Assembly: GCA_977017645.1 (NCBI GenBank)
Contig: OZ360238.1
Location: 65,410,001-65,474,000 of the forward strand
Source of the DNA: Torpedo marmorata
Lineage: Eukaryota
Direction of reading: 5' to 3'
DNA length: 64,000 nucleotides
Shown here: positions 1 to 11,295 of the stretch, piece after piece
Layout: each line of letters begins with the position of its first letter
Position numbering within the stretch: the stretch's first letter is position 1
Position numbers and translations under genes: made by a program
The notes under the pieces: generated by a model
Told to the model about the DNA's origin: nothing
The model's input: the letters and a program-made list of their open reading frames with translations, nothing else
Databases searched by the model: none

Positions 1-576
1 TTCCTCTATCTGAAAAATCTACAAATAAGGCGACAGTCAGAGGGCAACGGGTCAGCCACTTTGAGGAGAGATAAGAAGATATTTCTTAACTCAGAGGATG
101 GTAATTCTTCAGAATTTTACACCTCGGATGACTTTTGTTTCTCAGTCAGAGTCTATTCAAGGTCACAATGACAGCTTTATAGACATTAGAGGATATGGGA
201 TCAGTTAAGAAAGTGGACGATACAGCAGGATCAATCATGATTTTACAGAGCTGAAGAGCTAAAAGGCATACTTCCATTTTCTATTTTCTTTCAATGCGTT
301 GTTCCAACATTTCTCTAACCAGGACAATAATGTCTCTCCAATTCCAGAAGCATCAATTTGGCCAAATTTGCCAAAAATCCAATCAAGTGGCCTTCGACCC
401 CACTCCCTCCCCACTACAAAATAAAGTGAAGCAAATGAATTCAGAGAATTTTAAAAATGTGCACATGAAACTGAAACAAAGTTGATTTAGTCCAGTTTAA
501 ATCAGACAGAACACCAACATTCAATATCTAAGTTATGTGCATTTTCTTGGTCTCGTCTTTGAAAATAAATACTTAC

Positions 577-631
577 ATCATCACAAGACATATTGTATTC
601 TGCTAAAACAGTTCGACACCTCGCAGCAATA
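577..631 (-). CDS. CNEP1R1: CNEP1R1 coding exon 5 (IIAARCRTVLAEYNMSCDD)
   Basis: cttatag| 55 nt |gtaagt. The expected final exon (TGKLILKPRP...) is not in 1-576, so it lies left of the window. Confidence 0.96.
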
Positions 632-1216
632 CTATAAGCAGTATGTTAAGAGAAACAATTCAAATTAAAATATTTATTGTTGTTTGGAAAGTACTGTGCA
701 AAAAGCAAATACTTTGGGGTAGCACGGTTAGCGTAGCGGTTAGCACAACGCTGTTACAGCGCCAGCTATCCGGGTTCAGAACCCATGCTGTCTGTAATGA
801 GTTTGTATGTTCTCCCCGTGTTTGCGTGGGTTTCCTCCCACCTTCCAAAAATGTACGGGGATTTGAGGTGAATTTGGTGAAATTGGGCAGCATGGGCTCG
901 TAGGCCAGAAGGGCCTGTTACCATGCTGTAGGTCTAAATTTAAATTTCAACAAAAAAATTACCCAACACAATGCAGTCATAAAGATCTATAAACAAATAT
1001 TTTTTGCACAAGTTAAATCTCTGGACCATCTTCTGTTGTACAGCAAATGGCTCTCTTACTATTACAAAGTATTGGTGTGCTGGGAAAAGAGATTTATCTC
1101 CACAGAACACAACCAATTTGATAAAAGTTATCAATTGCAACATTATTGTAACAACCATCTCCTTAATTCTGCAAATTTCATAGCTGACAATTTGAATGTA
1201 GTTCACAAAAGGATAC
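632..1216 (-). other. CNEP1R1: U12-type (minor spliceosome) GT-AG intron of CNEP1R1
   Basis: Donor GTATCCTTTT (1216-1207); branch site TTTCTCTTAAC (655-645) about 13 nt from the intron 3' end; no polypyrimidine tract. Confidence 0.92.
716..947 (+). mobile_element. tRNA-derived V-domain SINE inside the U12 intron
   Basis: A/B-box head, GAGTTTGTATGTTCTCCCCGTG core, aaatttaaattt tail. Other copies at ~2560-2990 (nested pair), 4820-5010, 17440-17770(-), 26540-27005(-), 48306-48570(-), 62531-62776. Confidence 0.9.
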
Positions 1217-1326
1217 ATTGACGGTGCAACCACTCTTTTATGTATTCCAGCAAAAAATAAACCAATAAGAGTTATACAACTGATAGTGAAGAATGGATGA
1301 TTCCACAGTGATGTAAAAAAAGATAC
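1217..1326 (-). CDS. CNEP1R1: CNEP1R1 coding exon 4 ([36 protein letters not shown])
   Basis: ttttag| 110 nt |gtatcctttt (U12-type donor); second transmembrane segment. Confidence 0.97.
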
Positions 1327-1557
1327 CTAAAAAGGATAAGATATAATTACATAATTTTAGAACTATTTTAGCAGATAAAAATCACAGCATATGTTAAAAA
1401 GACCCAAAACAATTATTCAAGGTCCGCAGCAATCTAAAAAGAAACAGCTCACCAATATATTAAATTCAATTTGAAAATTTACTGAGACTTTTGAAACTTG
1501 GAAAAAGACAAGCCTAGACCATCTGATCCTTGATGCAAAGATATTGTTTCTCTCGTG

Positions 1558-1778
1558 CAGCCATTCTCAATGGGGACCAAACGACCCACCCGGTGGGCCA
1601 CAGCACATTTGAAGGGGGCTATGGACCGGAATCATAAAATATTTTAAAATGTTTTTTACGTGGTTGGAAGGAGAAAAGTACGGAAGAAACCAAACAACTG
1701 CTTTCAAGGGAAGGGGGCCCATAAACTTTGATCAGAATCCTAAGGGGGCCATAGCCAAAAAAACATTGAGAATGGCTG
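1558..1778. mobile_element. hAT (Charlie-like) MITE
   Basis: TIR CAGCCATTCTCAAT / ATTGAGAATGGCTG; degenerate 8-bp TSD ctctcgtg / ttctggtg. Confidence 0.8.
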
Positions 1779-3346
1779 TTCTGGTGTATGTTGGGCCTCA
1801 CTGTGACAGAGAAAGACTATGCCACATTGCACCCTTCTGGAATTAAGGTTGAATTTTCATTGTTTCCCATAATTGTGCTGATATGTCCTTCTCAGCTTGT
1901 TTCTATAAAATGCCTTCCTAAATGTCACTCATGCTCCTTATATATAGGAGAACCCTACTACCCCACACACAGCATCTTCCAGCTACTCCCGTTGGGAAAG
2001 AGATAATAGAAGTATTAGAGCCAGATCCACCAGGCTGTGGAACAGCTTCATCCTACAGGCAGTGAGACTGCTGAATGACTGCTGAACTGCTAAAGCAACT
2101 CCCCATAACTCTACTATTTATTAATAATATTTATTTTTAATATATGTATACAAGACATGTATGTTGGTTCTGTGTAGATATATCATTTTTCTGTATGCGT
2201 GTTATGTCTATATGTGTGTTTGCATTGTTTTTGCACCGTGGACTGGAGAACACTGTTTTGTTGGGTTGTACTGTTACAATCGGATGATAAATGAACTTGA
2301 ACGTAATCTGATCTGTGTTAACCAATCTCCATAATATTATTTTACACCTCACTTCTCCCCCCAGCTGTTTTGAAAACTGTAACCCCTCCACACTTCTAGT
2401 TCTGTGGAAGAAACCTGACACTAACTGGTTTGTCTTTCACAGATGCTGCTTGACTGGTTAGGTTCTTCCAGTATTTTCTATTTTTAATTTTTCTATCTGC
2501 CCAATTTCATTCCATAAAGCTATCTCCAGGATCTGCATTCTACAGATCTATTGTGCCTTAAGTCTACAAAGAGTTTGTATGTTCTCCCTGTTACTGCATG
2601 GATTTCTTCCGGGTGCTCCAGTTTCCTCCCACGATCCAAAGATGTACGGGGTTGACTTGTTCGCTTTTTCGAGCGATACAGCAATGGCAACAGGCCCTTC
2701 CGGCCTACGAGGCCATGCGCCCATATACATCAATTAACTGACAAAACCCCATACGTTTTTGAAGGGTGGGAGAAAACTAGAGCACCCGGAGGAAACTCGC
2801 GCAGTCACAGAGAGAATGTACAAACTCCTTTTTGACAACAATGGATTTGAATCCAGGTCACTGGCGCTCTAATAGCTTTGCGCTCACAGTGCCACATTGT
2901 AGATAAATTGTTTATTGGTCACATGGGTAAATTTTGGCAACATGGGCTCATGAGCTGGTAGGGCCTGTTACCATGCTGTATCTCTAAATTAACCAATTTA
3001 TCAGATTAATTTACTCAGCAGAAAATAAGTATTTCAATAGGAACTCCTCCCCTCTGCAGTGAAATGCCCCATCCAGTAAAATCCCAACAGTTGTACTCCA
3101 GCAGCAGAACTCCTTGGAACTGGACTGTATGCCACTTATTGCTGGATAGTTAACCAAAATAGTACCCTCAGCAAATACTTGGGACCAAAGCCCATTGTAA
3201 CACGACACTAAAGCAAAGCACAGTAATGATATCTGTTATCTTCCCTTTTGCTCAGCTGCTCATTGCCTACTCAGATGAGATGCTCCAGCTAAAATCCAAG
3301 TTCAAAGGCAGGCATAATACAAACTTTATTTTCATTAATAAAAGTA

Positions 3347-3991
3347 CAGGTACAGTACCCCGTGTCCGAAGCGCTTGGGACCAGACGTTGTTCAGTTTTT
3401 GGGGTTTTTTTTCGGTTTTCGGAACAAAACCGAAAAAAACCCAAAAACAGCACAGTAGCATCAGCAGAATACTTGTATCAGCGGTTAAACAACAAACAAC
3501 GACATGACAGCACAAGTGGAAAATTCACATGAAATAATGTTTAATATGTACCAGCGTCATCTGCCTCATTAACAATGGTTTTTGTTTTTTGCCGCCACCA
3601 GTCCCCGATACCTCCTCGCCGCCGGTCCCAACTACGGTCCCCGCTCTTGCCCGGGAGCCCGAGGTCCCCGCTCCTGCCCGGGAGCCCGAGGCGACTTCTT
3701 CGATGCGGACGGCACTGCACCCAATGTTGAGAATGGAGTCACCGTCGCCGACTGCAGCCGATGCTGAAGACTTGGACCCAGCTCCGTTTGGCATCTTCCC
3801 GGCCAGAAGCAAAGATTTCATTTTTTTTTTTTTACTGTTATTGTAATCAAACCGGCACCAACAGAGCGTCAGAGCCCCACATGGGCAATTCAGGTGTTGA
3901 ATTTTTTCCCACTTGTGACGTCATGTCGGCAGTAAAAAAAAGTTCGGTTTTTGGATCTTTTCAGAACTTCGGATACGGGGTACTCAACCCG
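3347..3991. mobile_element. Tc1/mariner-pogo (Tigger4/Zombi-like) MITE
   Basis: TA TSD; ~24-bp imperfect TIR CAGGT..AGTACCCCGT.TCCGAA followed by GCTTGGGACCAGA. Confidence 0.85.
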
Positions 3992-4113
3992 TACCATAAA
4001 ATTTCTCAAACTGTCAGTTATCCAAATTTCCTCATGATTTTTTGCCAGAAGATCTGACAGATGAGGGTGGGCCAAAGGGTTGGTTTTCATGCCCGATGAC
4101 TCTCTGACGATTA

Positions 4114-4783
4114 CCGTCTATGTCGGCGTACAAGACAGTATTTGAACCTTAAAAATGTCACCCCAAAACTAAGGGTTGTCTTATACGCCAAATATAAAAT
4201 CCAAACCTTAATATCCTGTGATTTAGAGTGCCCCCCATGGCGATGGAGAACAGCATAAAACACTCGCATAACTCCTATGTCCTGACCACTAAATAATTTT
4301 CAACTGAAACTTACGTTTGGGAAGCTGCATTAATAGTAATGTTATATTAAAACAATAAAAATATATTATAAAACCTGTCTAACATACCTTAAAATAACAG
4401 CACAGCAAACAAAGCTAGCAGCAAACACCAGTCGCCATTTACAACAGCTGCCGAACTGCGAAGTCTCAGCGTCCCCCGCGGGGTCCATCCGCCCAGTCCC
4501 ACTGCCGTCGGCTCTGTACAGGCTTTAAACGGCCTGTTAAAGGAGCCGACGGTGGTTTATTTTAAAATATGCTAATAAAATTTAAACCTTTACTGGGTAA
4601 TTTGCTTTTAAAATATTGTGACAGCATCACTCCATTGGTCAGTGGGATGGTTGGTAAAGGACTATTGGGGCAGTAAGACTTGGGGTAGCCTAAAACAGTA
4701 AGTATAGCTCAAAGCCTACATTTTAGGTGGAAATTCTGGGGCTCGTCTTATACACCAGTCGTCTTACGTGCCGACATATACGG
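4114..4783. mobile_element. pogo/Tigger-like MITE (CCGT-type TIR)
   Basis: TA TSD; TIR CCGTCTATGTCGGCGTACAAGAC / GTCTTACGTGCCGACATATACGG. Confidence 0.85.
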
Positions 4784-5929
4784 TATGTCTTTCCGAAGGC
4801 TTTCCCATTTGCACTATAGTAGTGCAGCTGCCGCACAGTTCCAATACCATCAGGTTTGATTCTGACTTCTTGCGATGTCTGCATGGAGTTTGCAGTATGT
4901 ATTTCCCCTGCGACTGCATGGGCTTCCTTAAGGTACTTTGGTTTCCTCCACATCCCATAGACATGCTGGTTAGTAGGTTAACTGGCTACAGTAAATTATC
5001 CATGGTGCTGTTGCTTATGGGAGAATCAGGAGTGTGTTAACTGCATGTGAGAGAAAATAGTTTACAAAGAAAGGAGTATTAGGATTGCTCTGAGAGCTGA
5101 CAATAGATAAGGAGTGCATAAAGATGTAATTGCCTTTTGTGCTCTTTTCATCAGTAATGTCTGTATCTATCATATTTACACCAGCCAAAATGACAAGCAA
5201 ATAAAATAAATGAGGACAAATCTAATATAATTTTTATGAATGATTAAACTTGTGTCGAACATTTCCAGGATTATCATCAGGCTAAAAGATGACTTGCACT
5301 CTAGAACATTATTACCTGACCCAAGCCTGAAAGGACAAAATCATATCAATTTCAGCTGAGGTACCACAAGTTGTTAGCCTCAGGTCAGATCTGTGGGACC
5401 TGATGGGCCTGAATACCCACAAAAACTTGTGAAAATATTTCTCCATGTCTGACCTCACTGTACAGCATTGACAGGGATCCAACTACATGACTTGATTGGC
5501 TAAGGTAGCTAAAATAGTCCCTTGCAGGTCAAGTTGACATTGAATAGGTCAAATTTAGATTTTACATGAGCAGACCTCTATTACAGAGGACAAAATAATA
5601 ATGAGAAAATAATGGAAATCAGGATGCTGGGATTGACAATTGGGCGAACTGACACAAAGTGTTATTTTCATATATCAGGAACTTTATCTGTGACAGCAGT
5701 ATGCTTAAGCTACAAACCTTTGTGGCAGAGACAGATTTATTGAGCTTTTGTTTGGTGTCCAAATAAGATGCATTTCTGCCTAATACTGATTTAATGGCCC
5801 CATAGAGTCAGAAGCAAAAATAAAAGGGGAACAATTTTTTTAATTAATCGAGCCAACATGGGGGGGGGGGGGGGGGGAAGAATCAGTTTTACTTCATAAT
5901 CTCAGAGGCAACAGCCAGCAAGTAGATTA

Positions 5930-6715
5930 CCGTATTTGACGGCATATAAGACCCCCCTTTTTTGGCCAAAAAATCGCCTCAAAAACCACCCCGGATCTTA
6001 TACGCGAAGGTGACATTTTGGCGCCGCCATTTTGGGCATCAAGTGGAGGCTTCCATCTGCAAGATGGTGACAGTAAAGTGCTCAAACTACTCACCCAGCT
6101 TCAAGAAGCCTGCGGAGGTGTTGCAGCTGTCCAAGAAACGAGCCCGCAGCTTCGCGGACCACCTTCCCTTGGGTGGCCCGTGCTTTCCGGTGTCGCTTCC
6201 CCCGATAAGAAGGCTTGCTCTCTCCCACAGTGCTTTGAGGGGAGCACTGGGCCTCGATGATCAGGCTTTGTTCGACGAGCACGGACCCCCGAGCAAATTG
6301 AATGAGGCGCGGGGGCGGGTGGCAGTGAGCGAGCGGCCTGTCAAGCTCAGCTCAACGGGCCGCTCGCTCACTGCCACCCGCCCCTCATTCAATCTGTTCA
6401 GGGAGTCGTGTGCGTCGAACAAAGGCTCAGCGTGGAGCCTGATCACTAGCGCTCCCCTCAAAGCAAGCAAGCAATCAATCGTCTGCTCCCCGCGACAGTG
6501 GGCCTGGGCCCTGCCCGTTGTCCTGGCTTATCTCCCTCCCACCCTCGCGCACCCGTCAATCAATTAGCGTTTGTACGGTGGGGGGGAAGCAGCCTGAGCC
6601 TCGGCGTGCGGGAGGACGTGTTGCTGCTGTGAAGGTAAATACACTAAAACAAATTTTTCCTGAAATCTCACGCTAAAAATGGGGGGGGGGGGGTCCTATA
6701 TGCCGTCAAATACGG
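5930..6715. mobile_element. Young pogo/Tigger-like MITE with an internal hairpin
   Basis: TA TSD; near-perfect TIR CCGTATTTGACGGCATATAAGACCCC; CpG-rich interior; inverted repeat at 6298-6392. Confidence 0.9.
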
Positions 6716-7299
6716 TACTTTAAAATAACATGCCAGTTTCAAACCCAGAAAATCTGAATACGGCATGTTTGTTCATTTTGGAAAATGTAATATTTCAAAT
6801 AAAAATTCCTAAACCAGAAGTATTTTCCACAAGCCTGAGAGTTCACTGTCAGAACATTTAAATTTTACTCCAATGAAATACAAGACAATTCCAAAGATCA
6901 GACTTCCTGAAAAGTGTTCATGCCTTTGCATTCTTAATCCTGACATAACAGATGCTCAAATAAGTTTTTTTTTTTTTTTAAACTCAAGAGAAATGGCAGT
7001 ACCATCACTCATATTTTAAACACATTTCATACCTTAACTTGATTTTCTTCTATTCATTTTGGATGCTAATCTACAGCTTTATAAAAAAAAGCCTCTGCCA
7101 GTGAAGCCATTCCTTTGCATAAAACAATCTGCTGGAGGAACTCAGTAGGCCAAGTAGTGGAGTATAATGAATTGTTAATTTCCTTGTCAAAACCCTTTAT
7201 CAAGACCCTAGATTGCAGCATCTGCAGTCTCTTGGGTCTCCAAAGCCATTCATGTGTCTGATATGTGAGAATGCAAAAGAAGTGAAACTGTTGCTCCGA

Positions 7300-7690
7300 A
7301 GACAAGGATCTCCCTCCCCCCCTCGACGTGATCTACCGGGATCGTTGCCTGAAGAGGGCTCGAAAAATCGTTAAGGACCCTTATCACCCTGCACATAGCA
7401 TCTTCCAGCTACTCCCGTCAGGAAAGAGATGCAGAAGCATCAGAGCCAGAACCATGGGCAGTGACACTGCTGAATGACTGATGAACTGCTCATACAGTCC
7501 CTCTGAGACTCTACTATTTATTTAACAATACTTATTTATTTTTATACATGTACTGCATATAAATTGCTTGTAAATATGTGTGCTATGTCTATACATGTGT
7601 TTGCATGTTTTTAACACTGAGGACCGAAGAACGCTGTTTCTTCCAATTGTACTTTACAATTGAATGATAATAATAAACTAGAACTTGAAT
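7300..7690 (+). mobile_element. Rex1-type LINE 3' end (a second copy lies at ~1950-2300)
   Basis: gcatcttccagctactcccgtcaggaaagag and ataaactagaacttgaa tail shared with 1950-2300. Confidence 0.75.
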
Positions 7691-7812
7691 AGATAACAGC
7701 TTTTCTACACCTTTTGGCACTGAGTTCCCAAAAGCATGGCTGAAAAGCGAAAACATAATTGGTACCAACAAAATACTTAGAGAATTATGCAAGGAAAAAA
7801 AGCCTAAATTAC

Positions 7813-7886
7813 CTTTTGTGTTTCAGGATCTATTAACCAGTTCCAAGCACCTGTGGCAGTACATACTGAAACAACTATGAGAATCA
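7813..7886 (-). CDS. CNEP1R1: CNEP1R1 coding exon 3 ([25 protein letters not shown])
   Basis: tttacag| 74 nt |gtaatt; first transmembrane segment; phase consistent. Confidence 0.97.
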
Positions 7887-8644
7887 CTGTAAATGAAAAG
7901 TTGAATAAAATTTGTTAATTCTCAATGGAGGTGGTTCACTAAAATAACAGTGTGTACATTCCAAGGAAGGTAAAATTCTAAATGCAACTAGTTATTTCAG
8001 TAAATGTCAAGATTTTCAGAATCCAATTTTCAGTGAATTCGATTCACCTCACACAATATTAAGGGGCAAGAACACCAAACATAACAAAAGACAGCAAGTT
8101 TTGACCACATCCTGGCTGCAGTGGCAATTCAGTGACCAATGTATTTAATTCTGGCAAAGTACTGCCTTATCAGTACATTCTCAATCAAAGTGATAGAAAG
8201 TGTGAGACAAACAATGAGAAGCTGGAGGAACTCAGCGATTCAGGTAGCATCCCAGAGAGAACTTTTCAGGTTAGGACCCTCCATCGACATTCAATACCGA
8301 GACTCACTTCACATCGAAACGATAAAATGTGCTGGAAATATTCTGATTTCCAGTCACCCGTTTTTTTTTTCAAATTTTATAATGAATTCGATTTGCATAC
8401 AATGTTGTATGAAATGACAATATTTCAGCTCATATTAAAAAAACACTGTTCACCTGGAATTGTGGCCTTTACAGTTTATCACAGAAATAGCACAAATTAC
8501 AGGGCCTTAAATGGGAGTAAAACACAAAAGTCTGCAGACACCATGTTGAAGTAAAAACACAATGCTGGAGAAAAAAAACACACCAAAATGCTGGAGGAAC
8601 TCAGCCGGTCTTGCAGCGTCCACAGGGGATAAAGATATATTGTC

Positions 8645-8672
8645 GACGTTTCGGGCCTGAGCCCTTCTTCAG
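8645..8672 (-). ncRNA. Minimal type I hammerhead ribozyme motif (PLE-associated)
   Basis: Minus strand CTGAAGA-A-GGGC(TCAG)GCCC-GAAAC-GTC: CUGANGA core, 4-bp stem II, GAAA, palindromic ACGT in place of stem III. Stem I pairing is poor in this copy. Confidence 0.75.
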
Positions 8673-8827
8673 GGAATCGGCAAAGAAAAAGCAAAAAACA
8701 GGAAATCTCAGAATAGAGACAGTGCTGGCTGGGGGAGGAGTCCAGACAAACAAAAGGTGTTAATCTGATATGCTAAGGGGGAAGGTGGAGAGGTGAGAAC
8801 TGATTTTGTCTGTGCGAAGGGAGACAT

Positions 8828-9347
8828 ATGTTTTTTACATATAACTAACGATATTTTTCTGTCGACAAGTTTCACACTTACCTTCCGGAGTGGCCGTTCA
8901 CACAAGAACGGCCAAAACTCCAAAATTCTGGATCTCACCGCGCTTTTACACTAAATACCTGATTTGCGGTATTTACGTAGGCTGGATGTGGGACGCCACT
9001 GCGTCCACGTCGACCGTGATGTTGACCGCTTGCGACGTACAGCGTCACTGCGTCGACGTCGTCAGTGACGTGTATCATCTGCGTCTGCAGGCTGCACATT
9101 TAAAAATCCCGCGCTGTAACGTTGCGCGCCTTACGCGTCATCAAACTTCATATTCATTAGCCCCTTGCTGCCGATCGCCTGCAGTTGCGTTTAGACTACA
9201 GGCGATCCGCGAAACTTTCTAGGGGTCCAGGAGGTAAAATATTGGAACGGAAATTAGTAATTTTTTCCGTTCCGATCCTTTTACACAGCCTGCGTTCCTG
9301 AATTTTGGGAATAAAATTCTGGAACTCAGCGGCTGTGTAAAAAACAT
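8828..9347. mobile_element. CpG-rich MITE nested in the PLE 3' UTR (possibly PIF/Harbinger-like)
   Basis: 12-bp TIR ATGTTTTTTACA (8828-39 / 9336-47); repeated TT(C/T)ACAC motifs; internal palindromes; PLE sequence resumes on both sides; TSD unclear. Confidence 0.6.
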
Positions 9348-10511
9348 GAGAGAATAAGGAAACAGAGCTGGGGGAAGGCGACGGGAGGAGTTTAATGAAA
9401 GCCAGAGAAGTCGATGTTAATGCCATCCAGTTGGAGGGTGCCCAGATGGAAGATGAGGTGTTGTTCCTCCAATATGCCGGTGGTCTCAGTCTTGCAGTGC
9501 ATGAGACCATGGACAGACATGTCAGCAAGGGAATGGGATGGGGAATTGAAATTGGTGGACAACAAAGAGATCTCCCAGTCTGCACCCAGTCTCTCCGATG
9601 TAGAGGAGACCACAATGCGAGCACCAGATGTAGTCGATGACCCCTGCAGATTCACAAATGAATGTTGCTTCACTTGAAAAGACTGTTTGGGGCCCCGAAT
9701 GGTGGTGAGGGAGGACGTGTGGGAGCAAGTGGAGCATCTCCTGCAGTCACAGAGGTAGGTACCAAGGGGACGTTTGGTGAGGAGGGAAGATTGGACAAGG
9801 GAGTCATGGAGAGGGGAATATGTGTATAGTGGTGGGATCACGTAGTAGGCGGTGGAAATGGCAGAGGAGAATGTGTTGGATGCGGAGGCTGGTGGGGTGG
9901 TAGGGGAGGACAAGAGGAATCCTGCTCTCGTTGCGCGTGGCGGTGGGGGCCAGGGCAGATATGCGGGTAATGGAGGATATGCGGGTGAGGGCCGTTGATG
10001 GTGGTAGAGGGAAAGCCACGTTGTTTGAAGGAGGATATCTCTGATGATTTGGCATGTAAGAACTCATCCTGGGAGCTGATACGAGACGGAGGAATTGAGA
10101 AAGGAATAGAATCCTTACAGGGGACAGGGTGTTAAGAGGTGTAGTCAAGGTAGCTGTGGGAGTTGGTGGGTTTGTGGAAGACGTCTGTCGAGAGTTTGTC
10201 TCCCGAGATGGAGACGGAGAAATGGACGAAAGGGAGAGTGTTGCGAGAGATGGACCAAATGAATTTGAGGTAGGGATAGAAGTTGTTTCACACAATGCTG
10301 GATAAACTCAGCAGGTCCAACAGTGTACTTTCGATAGCAAAGATAAAGAAACATAACCAACGCTTCGGGCATGAGTCCTTCAACAAGGGCCTTAAATGGG
10401 ACAGTTGCTGTTGTCCACTACACTGCAGAGTAAAGGTACAGATATTTAAAGTTAAACTTGCGAATGCCCCATTGGGAACCCGGAGCGATTGGTGAAAGCC
10501 AGGACACTCAC

Positions 10512-10583
10512 TTCGCCACCGGCCAGTTGCCGGCTGCAAACAGGAGATGTACTCAGTCAGCCGCCTCTCAAACGCCTTGAGGT
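10512..10583 (-). CDS. CNEP1R1: CNEP1R1 coding exon 2 ([24 protein letters not shown])
   Basis: ttgcag| 72 nt |gtgagt; the peptide is visible in ORF 10288..10791; phase matches exons 1 and 3. Confidence 0.97.
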
Positions 10584-11295
10584 CTGCAACACAAAAACAG
10601 CCCCGGTCAGCGCTCATCCCGCAGCAACAATGCGGCCGCAGCCACACCCACCACCTTCCGCAGCCCCCCCTCCGCCGCCTTCCACAGCCCATCCGCCGCC
10701 TTCCACAGCCCATCCACCGCCTTCCACAGCCCACTCCCTTCCTGATACAGCCCACCCCCCTCCTGTCCACAGCCCACCACCCTCCTCCCACGCCGCCCCC
10801 CCCTCCAGTAGCGTCACGAGGGTTGCTGTCACCCAGTGCGGTAACTCATGGTGTCACCCCACCTCCCACCCCATGGACCTCCTCCCGTACCAGACCATAC
10901 AGAATCCTTAGTAATGTTTTTTGTACTAATGTTACTCGTAAATCGTAATTCCCATATATCACTGAATGTAATGGCAATAGTAGTGAGATAAACAACGAGC
11001 AAAATTAAAATTACACCTTTAAATTACAATATCATACGCACAACATAAATAGATTTACATTTTCCTTTAATTACTACTTCATTCTCAAAAAAGTTATTGA
11101 TATAGGTTCACAAATACTAATTACCACAATTTTGCATTTAAAAACCAGAAAATTTGACAAAACCAGCGACTTCAAGAACACCAGCAGCAACGAAAACAAC
11201 AGCGCGTGCTTGTTGCGCGTGCAGTCGAAACCACGTGATTCGAAGCGTCATTGTAATTGGGTAATAATGACAGCTCTGACCGGAGTGCATTAGAA

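Larger units (their letters stand above)
8521..10388 (-). mobile_element. Older degenerate Penelope-like (Neptune) copy with a direct terminal repeat of its 3' end
   Basis: Frameshifted RT-thumb/GIY-YIG peptides in ORFs 9392..9913, 9522..9737 and 9804..10295; hammerhead-bearing 3' segment present at both ~8590-8675 and ~10290-10388. Confidence 0.9.

Noticed and set aside
716-790. tRNA genes (also ~62531, ~48500)
   Set aside because: These are SINE heads continuing into V-domain cores; no complete cloverleaf.
6324-6373. CAGTGAGCGAGCG hairpin resembling an AAV ITR Rep-binding element
   Set aside because: Only a 13-nt match, no T-shaped B/C arms or terminal resolution site, no rep/cap remnants; it sits within a pogo MITE.
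5962-6567. 201-aa ORF as a transposase or cargo gene
   Set aside because: No recognisable domain, non-ATG start, GC-rich palindromic MITE interior.
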